Of a DNA stretch of 64,000 nt, positions 1 to 11,086 are shown in pieces. This DNA is from Eledone cirrhosa (taxonomy: Eukaryota), in NCBI GenBank assembly GCA_964016885.1, contig OZ024743.1:337652001-337716000 (forward strand). The letters run 5' to 3'. The notes beneath the pieces were generated by a model. It saw only the letters and a list, made by a program, of their open reading frames with translations. It made no database searches and was not told the DNA's origin. The position numbers and the translations under genes are program-made. Position 1 is the first letter of the stretch. Every line of letters starts with the position of its first letter.

Positions 1-202
1 TAACAACACAACCAGGAGTTGGACATATCGATGTATTGACGGAGTAAAACACACTTCAACAACATGTGTACCTGTCTTTCCCACACCAATTCGGACTGCC
101 TGAAGAGGTCAATGATGGCTGTCACCAAAATATATATATAGCAGTATATCTATAATTTATAATAAACGAAGCCAAACTTTACATATTTGACTTAATTATT
201 TT

Positions 203-205
<3 letters not shown>
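1..205 (+). mobile_element. 3'-terminal segment (pLTR-like) of a Penelope-like element family, ending in (TA)n
   Basis: Diverged reverse-complement copy of ~6270-6450, the 3' end of the PLE unit. Contains an HHR-like motif followed by AATAAA. Confidence 0.7.
95..145 (+). ncRNA. Type I hammerhead ribozyme motif, decayed (G12->A)
   Basis: actgc-CTGAAGA-ggtca..tcacc-AAAA-tatatata-TA-gcagt. Stem I actgc/gcagt is perfect, stem II is present, stem III is a palindromic AT run, and GAAA reads AAAA. Confidence 0.65.
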
Positions 206-257
<52 letters not shown>

Positions 258-272
258 TATAGATATATATAT
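206..272. repeat. (TA)n microsatellite
   Basis: Direct reading. Confidence 0.98.
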
Positions 273-373
273 AATTGAAAAAATGGAGAATAACATGGCT
301 AACAGTACAGAAGAGGAGATTTATTTACAGTCTAACAATTGTTTCATTGGTAGAGTTGTCTAAAAATTGCTAA

Positions 374-605
<232 letters not shown>

Positions 606-693
606 ATATATATATATATATATATGGTCATTCTATAGGCCTGTTTGTGTCCGGCTGTTTTGTCTTCAGATTTGATGCGATATTTTTTGTATT

Positions 694-788
694 AACACTG
701 GTCTGAGGATCAGGCACACTTGGAGTCTGGTCTTGGATGATGACTCGGATCACGAGCCGGCTGCCTGGGAATTATTTGTAACTGGGTT
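694..788 (+). ncRNA. Possible decayed hammerhead motif with extended stem II
   Basis: actggt-CTGAGGA-t-caggca...tgcctg-GGAA-ttatttg-TA-actgg, then AATAAA. Stem II is good, but GAAA and stem III are degenerate. Confidence 0.4.
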
Positions 789-902
789 GAGCAATAAATC
801 TCATACGTAACACCTCCATATTATATACACTGTGCTCTGTATCGAGTGCTGACATTGGTTCCCTCACCAGTTTTCACCGGACTTACTGAATCTTTTGCAC
901 AC

Positions 903-1016
<114 letters not shown>

Positions 1017-1454
1017 ACGCGGACACGCGTGTGTGTGTATTCATATTTGTATATGTACAGTACAGAATTTAACCGATACTGCGTAAATGTTTATATAAAT
1101 AGACTTATTGTGTATGTAGACACGTACACCAATCCAATTTAGGTATATCCTTCTGAATTGAAAAAAAAATTATATTTTCTTAAACGATTTTTGACGCCAA
1201 TTCGTATCTCACCCGAGAATATGTACATCGAGAAATTAGATGGTAATGCATAACTGGTGACTTTATAAAGCCTGTAAATGCAGTAGCAATCACGAAAGAC
1301 GTACAAATGTGCATATTTTTAGTATCACTGTTGTTAATTAGTTTAGTATATATTAAACTGTGCACTAAGCAGCTGATATATACGTCAAATCTGTGTGTAT
1401 ATAAGAGTTGTTATAGCGGCGGATTTGAAATGCCTCCCTATTTGTTTCGTCATA

Positions 1455-1668
1455 CTGCGCCCTGTTAAAATTCCCAACGAGATCAACTTTACCTTTCATC
1501 CATTCGAGATTGTTAAATAAAACACCAGACCAGGGTTTAAGTTGATTTTTTTCTCTGGGAGAAATTAGCTGTGTTCTGATCTGGAGAGAGATGGGCTTGT
1601 CAGGTTTAAAATGCCCAAGACATGCCCTCTGCCATGACGGCACCCCTACGACTCCATCAAGAGTTAAG
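1455..1668 (+). mobile_element. SINE copy, 5' degenerate or truncated
   Basis: Shares the core gagatcaactttacctttcatcc and the tail tttaaaatgcccaaga...gactccatcaagagtt with the copies at ~10.0, 12.7 and 13.2 kb. Confidence 0.75.
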
Positions 1669-1939
1669 AGCCCTTTACGTAAATTAATTTAGTTAGCTTA
1701 GTTGTTATAAAATATTTCATGTGCGGAGTACAGCTGTAACTCACCTTTAGGCAGCTACTGTTGAATTGTTTTCTGTAACGGTCGCTTTTACTCGAGTGAA
1801 CCAAAATAACAGGGATTTGGATGTAGCCAAATAAGCGTGTAAATCCATCTTCTATGAGTTCCGTTAACCAGGACTGTCTAATATAAGACCGGCTGTGTGT
1901 CGTTGATAATTGGGTTGAAAATTGTCTTACTATCAGAGT

Positions 1940-2500
1940 TCTGGTTGTGGTTATTGTATTGATTGATCTATCTTGTAGCTATTGTATCGATATTCTGACT
2001 GGTTATGGTTATTTTATCGATCTTCTACCTCGTAATGGTCATTATCTTCTACATGATTATATTGTATCGATTTGGTTGTTGTTTGTGGCTATTATATCGA
2101 TATGACTGTCGCTATTGTATTGTTCTCATTATAGCTATCGTGTCGCTTTTTTAATTAGATACGGTTATTATGATATATCGACCTTGTTACGTCTTTTGTA
2201 TCGATCTGGTTGTGGCTATTGTATCGATCTGGTTATGACAATTTTATCAATCTGATTATGGATATTGTATCGATCTAGTTATGGATATTGTATCGATCTG
2301 GTTATGGATATTGTATCGATCTTGTTGTGGCTATTCTATCGATCAGTTTGTGGCTATTATATCGATCTGGTTATAGCTATTGTATTGGTCTGGTTATGGC
2401 TAGTGTATTGATCTGGTTGTGGCTATTGTATCGATCTGATTGTGGCTATTATATTAATCGTCTCCTTGGTTGTGGCTCTTCCATCAACCGTTCAGATTGG
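1940..2500. repeat. Degenerate 23-bp minisatellite (GATCTGGTTRTGGCTATTGTATC)n
   Basis: Consecutive 23-bp units are clearest at 2200-2460 and decay on both sides. Confidence 0.9.
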
Positions 2501-2833
2501 TGTTCTGTTCGTAGATATTCTACAGTGGTAAAGTTCTCTGAATATTTATAACTGAAACCAAGAGTTCTTCATTTTGAATGCACTAGAGAATTCAGTGGGG
2601 TTGTTCTATTGAGAAAGTTAAGGGATTATGTGAAATCCCACTTACTGGATCACATGTCTATATCAGAAATCGATATTGACATCAAGAGGTAATTACTACC
2701 AATATTTTTTCAACTAAAGCAAACCATTATTTGAAGGCAGGTGAATCGTACCTGTCGTCGCTAGTGTAACAGCCAGGTAACTAGATCATTGTATAAACAA
2801 ATATGTAAAACGAAGCAAACGTGGAAGGTAATA

Positions 2834-2881
<48 letters not shown>

Positions 2882-2954
2882 TGAGTGAGAGAGAGATACA
2901 AAGATACATACATACATATGTGTATCTGTGTATGTATATACATATATATACATA

Positions 2955-3154
2955 NNNNNNNNNNNNNNNNNNNNNNNNNNNNNNNNNNNNNNNNNNNNNN
3001 NNNNNNNNNNNNNNNNNNNNNNNNNNNNNNNNNNNNNNNNNNNNNNNNNNNNNNNNNNNNNNNNNNNNNNNNNNNNNNNNNNNNNNNNNNNNNNNNNNNN
3101 NNNNNNNNNNNNNNNNNNNNNNNNNNNNNNNNNNNNNNNNNNNNNNNNNNNNNN
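2955..3154. other. Assembly gap (200 N)
   Basis: Run of n. Confidence 1.
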
Positions 3155-3630
3155 AAGGGGGAAGTTTACCATACAATAAAAACGTGTAAAATGTTATCAC
3201 AGATGGAATTTAAAGTTAGTCGATTTTCCCAATAGAGGGAGACAGTTTATATGGGTAACACATACCCCCTAAAAAAAATGTGCAACCCTCATCTCCAGGA
3301 GTACGAAGAGCTTGTACTCCCTTTCCTCTCCTCCTCCTTTTCCTCAACCTACAGGCTGATATAGAGAGAAGGCCCATTCACTCGGGCCATTCTCGCCACT
3401 TTCACCCACCTTTCATAAAACTTGCTGGGGTACAGCACCTCTCTCTCCATCCTGATTCTTCTTCCAAAGTGGTATTTGAAAAAAAGAATCAGTTGTTGGC
3501 CGGAGAGAAAGGTGTCTGACCTCAGCCCTTTCAACCTTGTCCACCATACAACCTCTTTCGCCATAGCTATCACACAAAGGAAAACCGCCTCTCCTTCGTT
3601 TTTGAAGGAGGGTGGCGGTTTGATCATGAC
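3155..3630 (-). mobile_element. 3' fragment of a LINE (L1/Tx1-like ORF2 C-terminus plus 3' UTR)
   Basis: ORF 3349-3627 (FLCVIAMAKEVVWWTRLKGL...FFKYHF.RRIRMER...FYERW) resembles the helical tail after the zf-RVT region of L1/Tx1 ORF2. Recognised from recall only. Confidence 0.5.
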
Positions 3631-3660
3631 AGATAGATAGATATATACATATATATATAT

Positions 3661-3845
3661 ATATTTATTAAAATAACAGATTAAAGTTTAAGCAAAGAAT
3701 TGCTGCTTTCACCCTTAACGAGATCTTAAGTTCCCGTTAAGGGTGAAAGCAGCGATTCTTTGCTTAAACTTTAATCTGTTATTTTAATAAATATTTGCTC
3801 TACGGGTCTTATATATTTGATATATATTTATCCTTATCGAGCCCT
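3661..3845. repeat. Rearranged Helitron-family fragment with a 60-bp-arm fold-back
   Basis: Arms 3661-3720 and 3735-3794 are near-perfect inverted repeats. The arm matches 11445-11498 and 11600-11660, and 3793-3845 matches 11308-11360. Confidence 0.85.
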
Positions 3846-3877
3846 CTTTGGATTTTAGTCTTCAAATTTATTATTAT

Positions 3878-4718
<841 letters not shown>

Positions 4719-4801
<83 letters not shown>
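4719..4801. repeat. (TA)n microsatellite
   Basis: Direct reading. Confidence 0.98.
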
Positions 4802-4803
<2 letters not shown>

Positions 4804-4897
4804 CTGAGGAGTTGTGGTAAGGAACCAGATGGACCATAACGCACCAGAGTACTCAATACTTAGGGTAGTAGAGTGGGTATATATATATATATATATA

Positions 4898-5235
4898 TTA
4901 GAAAATGAGTTTTTTACAAAATGAAAAAAAAACGAGATGTCCTACGCGAGTGAAAGTATAAGTAAAAAAGATGAAATCAAAAATGCAACTGGAGTCTTTT
5001 TAAAAATATTTATTTGGTTCCTTTACCGGTTTCGCAGTTCTTGTGCTTTTCAAAAGTAGAATTGAGATGGAGGGTTTCTAGTTTTTTTCGAGATACGAGA
5101 AAAACCACAAACCCTCCATCTCAATTCTACTTTCAAAAGCACGAGAACTGCGAAACCGGTAAAGGAACCAAATAAATATTTTTAAAAAGACTCCAGTTGC
5201 ATTTTCGACTTCATCTTTTTTCCTTATACTCATTT
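4898..5235. mobile_element. Fold-back element, copy 1 (palindrome 4955-5230, one HHR motif per arm)
   Basis: ~135-bp inverted arms. Homologous to 10740-11093 in the opposite overall orientation, with (TA)n at the left end. Confidence 0.85.
5021..5056 (-). ncRNA. Minimal type I HHR, U3-A8 core variant
   Basis: Minus strand: ctt-TTGAAAA-gca(caagaac)tgc-GAAA-ccgg-TA-aag, then AATAAA. The plus-arm counterpart at 5130-5164 has a damaged core (ttcaaaa). Confidence 0.6.
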
Positions 5236-5287
5236 TTATAGGCTACTCTAACCCTGAACTAGTGAAACCGAAAACGATATCTTGTAT

Positions 5288-5354
<67 letters not shown>

Positions 5355-5356
<2 letters not shown>

Positions 5357-6010
5357 TATGAAGAGAGAAGAAACATTTAGATATAATTAGTAATAAAATG
5401 TATCATACCTAAACTGCTCCTAAATTCCTCGACTACGTAGTTTCGTGGCATAAACAAAAACAATATATCATAAAGATATAGAGTCCCTGCGAGGTCTGCC
5501 GACTTATCAAGAGGATACCTCATTTTACTAGTCTCAAGAACGCGTCTACACGACGTGAGAAAGAATCCCAAAAGGCGGAGGGGGAGATAGTCACGCGATA
5601 TAACGGTCGAGAAACAGAGCTAAGCCTCTTATAACCACGAAGAAAATACCACGGAGGCGGAGGGGGTATTCATATCGAGGCCGCATATATATATATAAAG
5701 AGAGAGATAGAGTGGTGTGCTCATGCGCGGAGATACTATGAAATAGCTTATAAAATAGGGTAAAATACTTAAAGAAGGAAAAAGAAGAGACTAAGATCAT
5801 ACAAAATGAATTTTAAAAAGTAGGCGAAGACAACGGAGAAACGGACGAAACACAGGACAGTCAATTCTCATCAGTCGATACCACTAGCCCCAGTGGACAT
5901 GGGACAGTAACAAATGGACACAAGACAGTACAATTGTTTTTTCGATTATGTACTACAACGGAAAAGTGAGAAAAAGTAGGTAGACGAAACAAATAATATA
6001 CAAGCATTAA
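5355..6010 (-). mobile_element. ~650-bp non-coding, (TA)n-flanked, HHR-bearing element
   Basis: Cassette between microsatellites, with an HHR near its minus-strand 3' end and no credible ORF. Confidence 0.5.
5426..5515 (-). ncRNA. Type I hammerhead ribozyme, U3-A8 core variant, extended stem II
   Basis: Minus strand: tcctc-TTGATAA-gt(c)ggca...tgccac-GAAA-ctacgtag-TC-gagga. Stem I 5 bp perfect, palindromic stem III ACTACGTAGT, GUC site. Confidence 0.8.
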
Positions 6011-6030
6011 TAAATGAAGAGATAGATAAA

Positions 6031-6038
<8 letters not shown>

Positions 6039-6110
<72 letters not shown>

Positions 6111-6168
6111 TGTGTATGTGTGTGTGTGCGCGTGTGTGTGTGTCTACATATATATATAAATATACATA

Positions 6169-6199
<31 letters not shown>

Positions 6200-6255
6200 T
6201 TATATACATATATATATATATGTATATAAATATCTATCTATATATATATATATAA
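6039..6255. repeat. (TA)n/(GT)n compound microsatellite
   Basis: Direct reading. Confidence 0.97.
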
Positions 6256-6303
6256 TAAAATAAAATAAATAAGTCAAATGTTTAAAATTTAGCTTCGTTT
6301 ATT

Positions 6304-6358
6304 ACTGCTATATATATTTTGGTGACAGCCATCTTTGGCTGTGACCTCTTCAGGCAGT
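6304..6358 (-). ncRNA. PLE-terminal type I HHR motif (G12->A)
   Basis: Minus strand: actgc-CTGAAGA-ggtcacagcca-aaga-tggctgtcacc-AAAA-tatata-TA-gcagt-AATAAA. Stem II pairs at 10 of 11 positions. Confidence 0.75.
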
Positions 6359-7631
6359 CCGAATTAGTGTGGTATAGACAAGTACATATGTTGTTGAGGT
6401 GTATAACTTTGTCAATACTCTGATATGCCCAGTTCCTGGTTGGGTTGTTATTTCACTGAGGAACTGGAATCATATGAATTCAAACAAACGAATTTCAGTG
6501 TCAAAGGGCCTCTTCTCCTCTCATTGGTCAGTTGTTAGAACATTCCTCATTCAAAAGTCTATAGAAATTCGTTCTGAGGCAAGCCAACCTGTAGTTGTTG
6601 TTCTTGTTATTGTTAGGTAGGTACATCTGACCTCAATTCTTGTGTTGGTAGTGTTGTTATTGTTGGAGTTAGCTAAAAAAATTGATAAAGTGGTAGAGGG
6701 AATAAGATGGTAAAGGAACAAAGTAACAAAAAAATGTCAAACTTCCCATTGGTCAGTTTTGAGAGCATTCCTCAGTCCAAAGTCTATAGAAATTCTTTCT
6801 GGGGTGAGGCTCCCTGTAGTGTTTGTGTTTGCTATTGTTAAGTATATCTGACCTCTACACTTATTTTGGTAGTGTTGGTGTTGTGGTCAGCTTATGTCTT
6901 GCTGCTGCTGACAATTTAGAAGTATCTGTGTGTGTGTTTCTTCATCCCTCCTGCCACCATCTCCCGTGGTGGTGGTGGTGGGAGGGGGTTCTTCCATGTA
7001 TATGAAGAAATATAAGGCAAAAAAATGAAAAAGAAAATAAAGAATATAGAGAATAAAGAATAAATGAAAAATTAATGAAAAAGTAATGAAAAAGTAATGA
7101 AAATGAATATGGAGAAGTGAAAAATAAAATGAAGATTCAAATAAAGTTAGATAAAGTGTGTGTGTGCTATCACCAATCTCAAGGTCAGAAATATGTTGGA
7201 TAGATTGTATGAGGAACAAGATGGTGAAAGAATAAGATAATCAAATAAAATGTGTTTGTGTTATAACCAATCTCAACTGAAAAATAAATATAAGGTGATA
7301 AAGTGAAGAGAACAGAAAATAAATAACAAATTAATAATGAGAAATCAAGATTGAAAAATTGAAAAATTGAAAAATTGAAAAATCAAAAATCAAGTAAATT
7401 AAATTGTGTGTGTGTTATAAAGATGTTGGCCAAATTATAATGTCTGTGTCAGAATCAATTTCTAGGCTATCATGGTGTCTGCTCAGCCTGGGTTGGTCCC
7501 TATGGCTTGAGGGGAGTTCTCAACCTAGGGTGTTGTTAGTGCCCATATAGCTTGAGGGAGGTCTGGCCGAGAGGTGTCTACATGTTCTGGAGAAGTCCCT
7601 ATAGCTTGAGGGGAGTTCACATCTTGTGTTG

Positions 7632-8980
7632 CTACTGTCCATATATCTTGAGGAAGGTCCCGGCCCTGAGGTGTCTGCGTGTCCCGAAGAAGTCGGTCCT
7701 GAGGTTTATCAGGCCGCTTCCATCTCTTAGTATCTCGAGGGTCTCGTTCAGGCATAGTTTGCATATACAAGATTCCTGATTATGTACCAGTCCAGAGAGT
7801 ACGGGGTCCTGTCCAACTTAAGCTTCCAGATCAGGTCGGAGAGAGCCGTGCTTTTCTTTTGGCCTCCTCATTGAAGGAATGGCGATGGTTGTACCAGCGG
7901 TCTTTAAGCTCGTTGATGTGGCTCCTATGTAGAGGTGTTCGGAGTTGGGGGTTTTTACCCCTACAACCGTATACTAGGTTCTTCTTAAGGCATTCATTAC
8001 CAAGGGGACATGATTCGGGGTTTCTGCAGTTGCAGAGGGTGGTCGACCTCTGCGTGCCTAGATTGGGGTTCCTGTTAGGTGTTACATGGTGGTCTTTCCC
8101 CAGGCACGGTGGGGGTCCCCGGGTCTGTTTGGGTTTCTTGGGTGGGCATTGGGTCCTCCCTTCCCTACTTTCACATGGTTCTGCTGAGTGCTTGTATTAC
8201 CATCTTCTGGTTGTGTGTGGTTTTTAAGCCTACTCCTGTTGATGCTAGCTATGTGTTGGGCCAGATTTCTCGTGGTGGAATACGAGAGCTTCACAGTGTG
8301 TTTGTTGAAGATCCTGTGGTATCTATGGTACCTCGGGAAGCATTTATCAAGTGCTCCAAAGAATGATCGGGCCAAGCTGTTCTTTAGAGCCGCTGAGTAG
8401 GGTGGGTTGTACCACGTGTTTTTTCTGTGTCTCCTCCTATATGTGTGGGTCGGGGGCGTCGTGAGTTGTTGGAGATTTGTCGGGTTGCTGGTGGTTCCCG
8501 CACTGTTGCTTCCCCTTTGGGCGCTATGCGTTTTGCTATCTTCACGGCCCGAATCTGTGTGGGGTGGTCGTTGCCCGTGCTGGGAGATTATATCGTGAGG
8601 TGGTCCCCCGTTTCCCCCCACGTGTCCTGCAGTTGGGGTCGTCGGTCCTGGAGTGGTTAGCGTCACCCCTGAGACTGCTACTCATATTGGGTTTCATCTC
8701 ATGGTTAAGCGTACTAGTCACCAACGCCCCTGTGGTGGTGTCGGGCTCATGGTACCTATTTGTTCCTGTTCTGCCTATATTGTTAGGGTTCGCCCCCCTC
8801 CCCCCGGGCAACGCGGGTGTGGGTGTCCGTTGGGCCATCCCCATCTCGGCGTTTCGGACTATATGTTATATTTTGGCCACGTGCCGCCTTATTTAGAGCT
8901 GCGTTGTAATGTTCCACGTTGTTATCGAATATTTGCTTACTTGCGGACAGGCTGGAGATCCTGTCCGAGACACTCTTCAT
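7632..8980 (-). pseudogene. Frameshifted PLE ORF: RT thumb, linker and GIY-YIG endonuclease
   Basis: Pieces in order: SVSDRISSLS...YNAAL; RKNTWYNPPYS...RIFNKHTVKLSYS; CNCRNPESCPLGNECLKKNLVY; LYIGATST; KDRWYNHRHSF; ALSDLIWKLK...DWYII; CKLCLNETLEIL...INLRTDFFGTRRH; stop TAG at 7632-7634. The RT catalytic core is absent. Confidence 0.9.
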
Positions 8981-9022
8981 CCATATACTGTACCGATTGC
9001 GTTGTTATTTCTGTTGAACTTT

Positions 9023-9034
<12 letters not shown>

Positions 9035-9101
<67 letters not shown>
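9035..9101. repeat. (TA)n microsatellite
   Basis: Direct reading. Confidence 0.98.
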
Positions 9102-9105
<4 letters not shown>

Positions 9106-9141
9106 TTCGGCTTGTATTGGCTGATAGTGCTTCTTATAGCT

Positions 9142-9192
9142 TTAATTGCCCTGATGAGTCCTTAATAGGACGAAACATTGTTTGCTAATAAA
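9142..9192 (+). ncRNA. Minimal type I HHR with canonical core and weak stem I
   Basis: ttgcc-CTGATGA-gtcct-taat-aggac-GAAA-cattg-TT-tgct-AATAAA, inside a 130-bp cassette between (TA)n tracts. Confidence 0.7.
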
Positions 9193-9230
9193 GACTTTTG
9201 ATGTATTGAAGGCTTCTTTGGTTTATTTTC

Positions 9231-9232
<2 letters not shown>

Positions 9233-9299
<67 letters not shown>

Positions 9300-9397
9300 T
9301 TATATATATATATGTATATATATATGTAAATATATAAATATATATATATACACGTATATATATATATAAGTATATATATATATATATATATATACAC

Positions 9398-9479
<82 letters not shown>

Positions 9480-9492
9480 ATATATATATACA

Positions 9493-9533
<41 letters not shown>

Positions 9534-9626
9534 GTATATATATATATACACGCATATATATATATATATATACACGTATATATATATATACACGCATATA
9601 TATATATATATATACACGTATATATA

Positions 9627-9692
<66 letters not shown>
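9233..9692. repeat. Long (TA)n with periodic CACG/CACGC interruptions
   Basis: Direct reading. Confidence 0.97.
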
Positions 9693-9695
<3 letters not shown>

Positions 9696-9851
9696 ATCCA
9701 TACATTAAGATATTTCCCATTAAAGAATCAAATGATAGGGGATGTGCAGAGTAATCTATGTTAGGTTATTTCTGTTATTCAGTGCAGACGACCTCGTTCA
9801 GGTATTCATTTTGAACCCACCCTTTCAGTAGAATATATTACATTCATTCAG

Positions 9852-10622
9852 TTTCCTCTAATTACAGTATCATTTACTAACAATATCGTGAAACACGTCG
9901 GAGAAATATGATCTTTGTTTTTTACATTGAAAAGTTGTAAAAACACCTGACGTGTAGAAAATTACTGTTCTGGGTTTGTAATGTATGAATGGTCCTGTAA
10001 CTCCTGATGGAGTGGTGGGAGCGCCGTATTGACATACGGCATTTCTAGGCCATTTTGAAACCTGGCAGAACCCATCTCCTCTCCAGGTTTCATTGAATAC
10101 AGCACATTTCTTTCAGAGAATGATAGAAAGTGAGAGAATGGAAGTGAGAAACAGATATAGAGGAAGAATCAATCCCAGAACTAAACTGATACTATTTTAT
10201 CGACCTTGAATGGATGAAAGGTAAAGTTGACCTCGGGGCTTGTAATAATTCTATCCAAAATCCGACGCCTATCTAAATGAATACCACATGAAATATGGTG
10301 ATGGCCGGAATGATAAGAGGGTAATGGTTAAAGAAAATCAAAGATTCAAGCATTTTAGCATAGAACATCTTAGTCAAGGAGTTAATAAATTAAATACTGT
10401 TTACTGTAAACCCCGTCATTTTTAACGGGTGCTATGTTAGTATTAAAGTATTTCCTATGTTAGAGGATGTAAGATAAGCTATTAGATTCTTCTAATTACA
10501 GCATAATTTACTAACAAAATGGTGGAACATATTTCAGAAAAACGTATTCTCTAATTGTTCCATTGAAAAGTTGTAAAGTTATCTGAAGCGTATAAAATTG
10601 GTGTTTTGGTTATGTAATGAAT
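9852..10622. repeat. Diverged ~135-bp direct repeats (9852-9990 and 10488-10622)
   Basis: Both share tctaattacag.at.atttactaacaa...cattgaaaagttgtaaa...tgtaatg. Confidence 0.75.
9997..10240 (-). mobile_element. SINE copy, 5'-truncated
   Basis: Reverse complement gives ccgaggtcaactttacctttcatcc (core) and actccatcaggagttac (tail). Confidence 0.75.
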
Positions 10623-10710
10623 CCGTCCCAGATCCGCCGTAGGTGAACAATGATGTATGTTTCAATAGGCAGATAATCACCATATTATCTGCCTATCGTT
10701 GGCTGCAGGG

Positions 10711-10745
<35 letters not shown>

Positions 10746-10812
10746 AAAAAAAGATGAAATCGAAAATGCAACTGGAGTGTTATTTAAAAAAATATATATA
10801 TTTATTTGGTTC

Positions 10813-10848
10813 CTTTACCGGTTTCGCAGTTCTTCTGCTTTTCAAAAG
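10813..10848 (-). ncRNA. Minimal type I HHR, U3-A8 variant (left arm)
   Basis: Minus strand: ctt-TTGAAAA-gcag-aagaa-ctgc-GAAA-ccgg-TA-aag. Confidence 0.7.
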
Positions 10849-10919
10849 TACAGTTGAGATGGAGGGTCTGTGGTTTTTCTCAGATGTGAGAAAAACCACA
10901 GATCTTCCATCTCCATCTA

Positions 10920-10955
10920 CTTTTGAAAAGCAGAAGAACTGCGAAACCGGTAAAG
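10920..10955 (+). ncRNA. Minimal type I HHR, U3-A8 variant (right arm)
   Basis: ctt-TTGAAAA-gcag-aagaa-ctgc-GAAA-ccgg-TA-aag, followed by AATAAA at ~10962. Confidence 0.7.
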
Positions 10956-11086
10956 GAACCAAATAAATATATATATATTTTTTTAAATAACACTCCAGTT
11001 GCATTTTCGATTTCATCTTTTTTTCTTTATACTTTCACTCGTGTAGGACACCTCGATTATTTTTCATTTTGTAAAAAAAACCTCAC

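Larger units (their letters stand above)
6265..9025 (-). mobile_element. 5'-truncated Penelope-like retroelement (EN+; Naiad/Neptune-type linker) between (TA)n tracts
   Basis: Disrupted ORF at 7632-8980 and a long 3' region ending in HHR + AATAAA at ~6300. There is no internal (TA)n break. Confidence 0.8.

Noticed and set aside
5840-5880. CTGATGA on the minus strand and GAAAC on the plus strand
   Set aside because: No stem II followed by GAAA on the same strand, so a hammerhead cannot be built.
7990-8040. Possible selenocysteine (UGA) codons in the PLE Cys motif, as recalled for some Naiad elements
   Set aside because: The cysteines read here are encoded by TGC or TGT.
7552-9165. Plus-strand ORFs overlapping the PLE
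   Set aside because: Antisense shadows of a GC-rich region with no recognisable motifs.
9880-9905. GAAACACGTC, similar to an HHR stem III
   Set aside because: No upstream core, and the duplicate at ~10525 lacks the motif.
10643-11016. Paired ORFs MKSKMQLECYLKK on both strands
   Set aside because: A by-product of the palindrome with no protein family signal.
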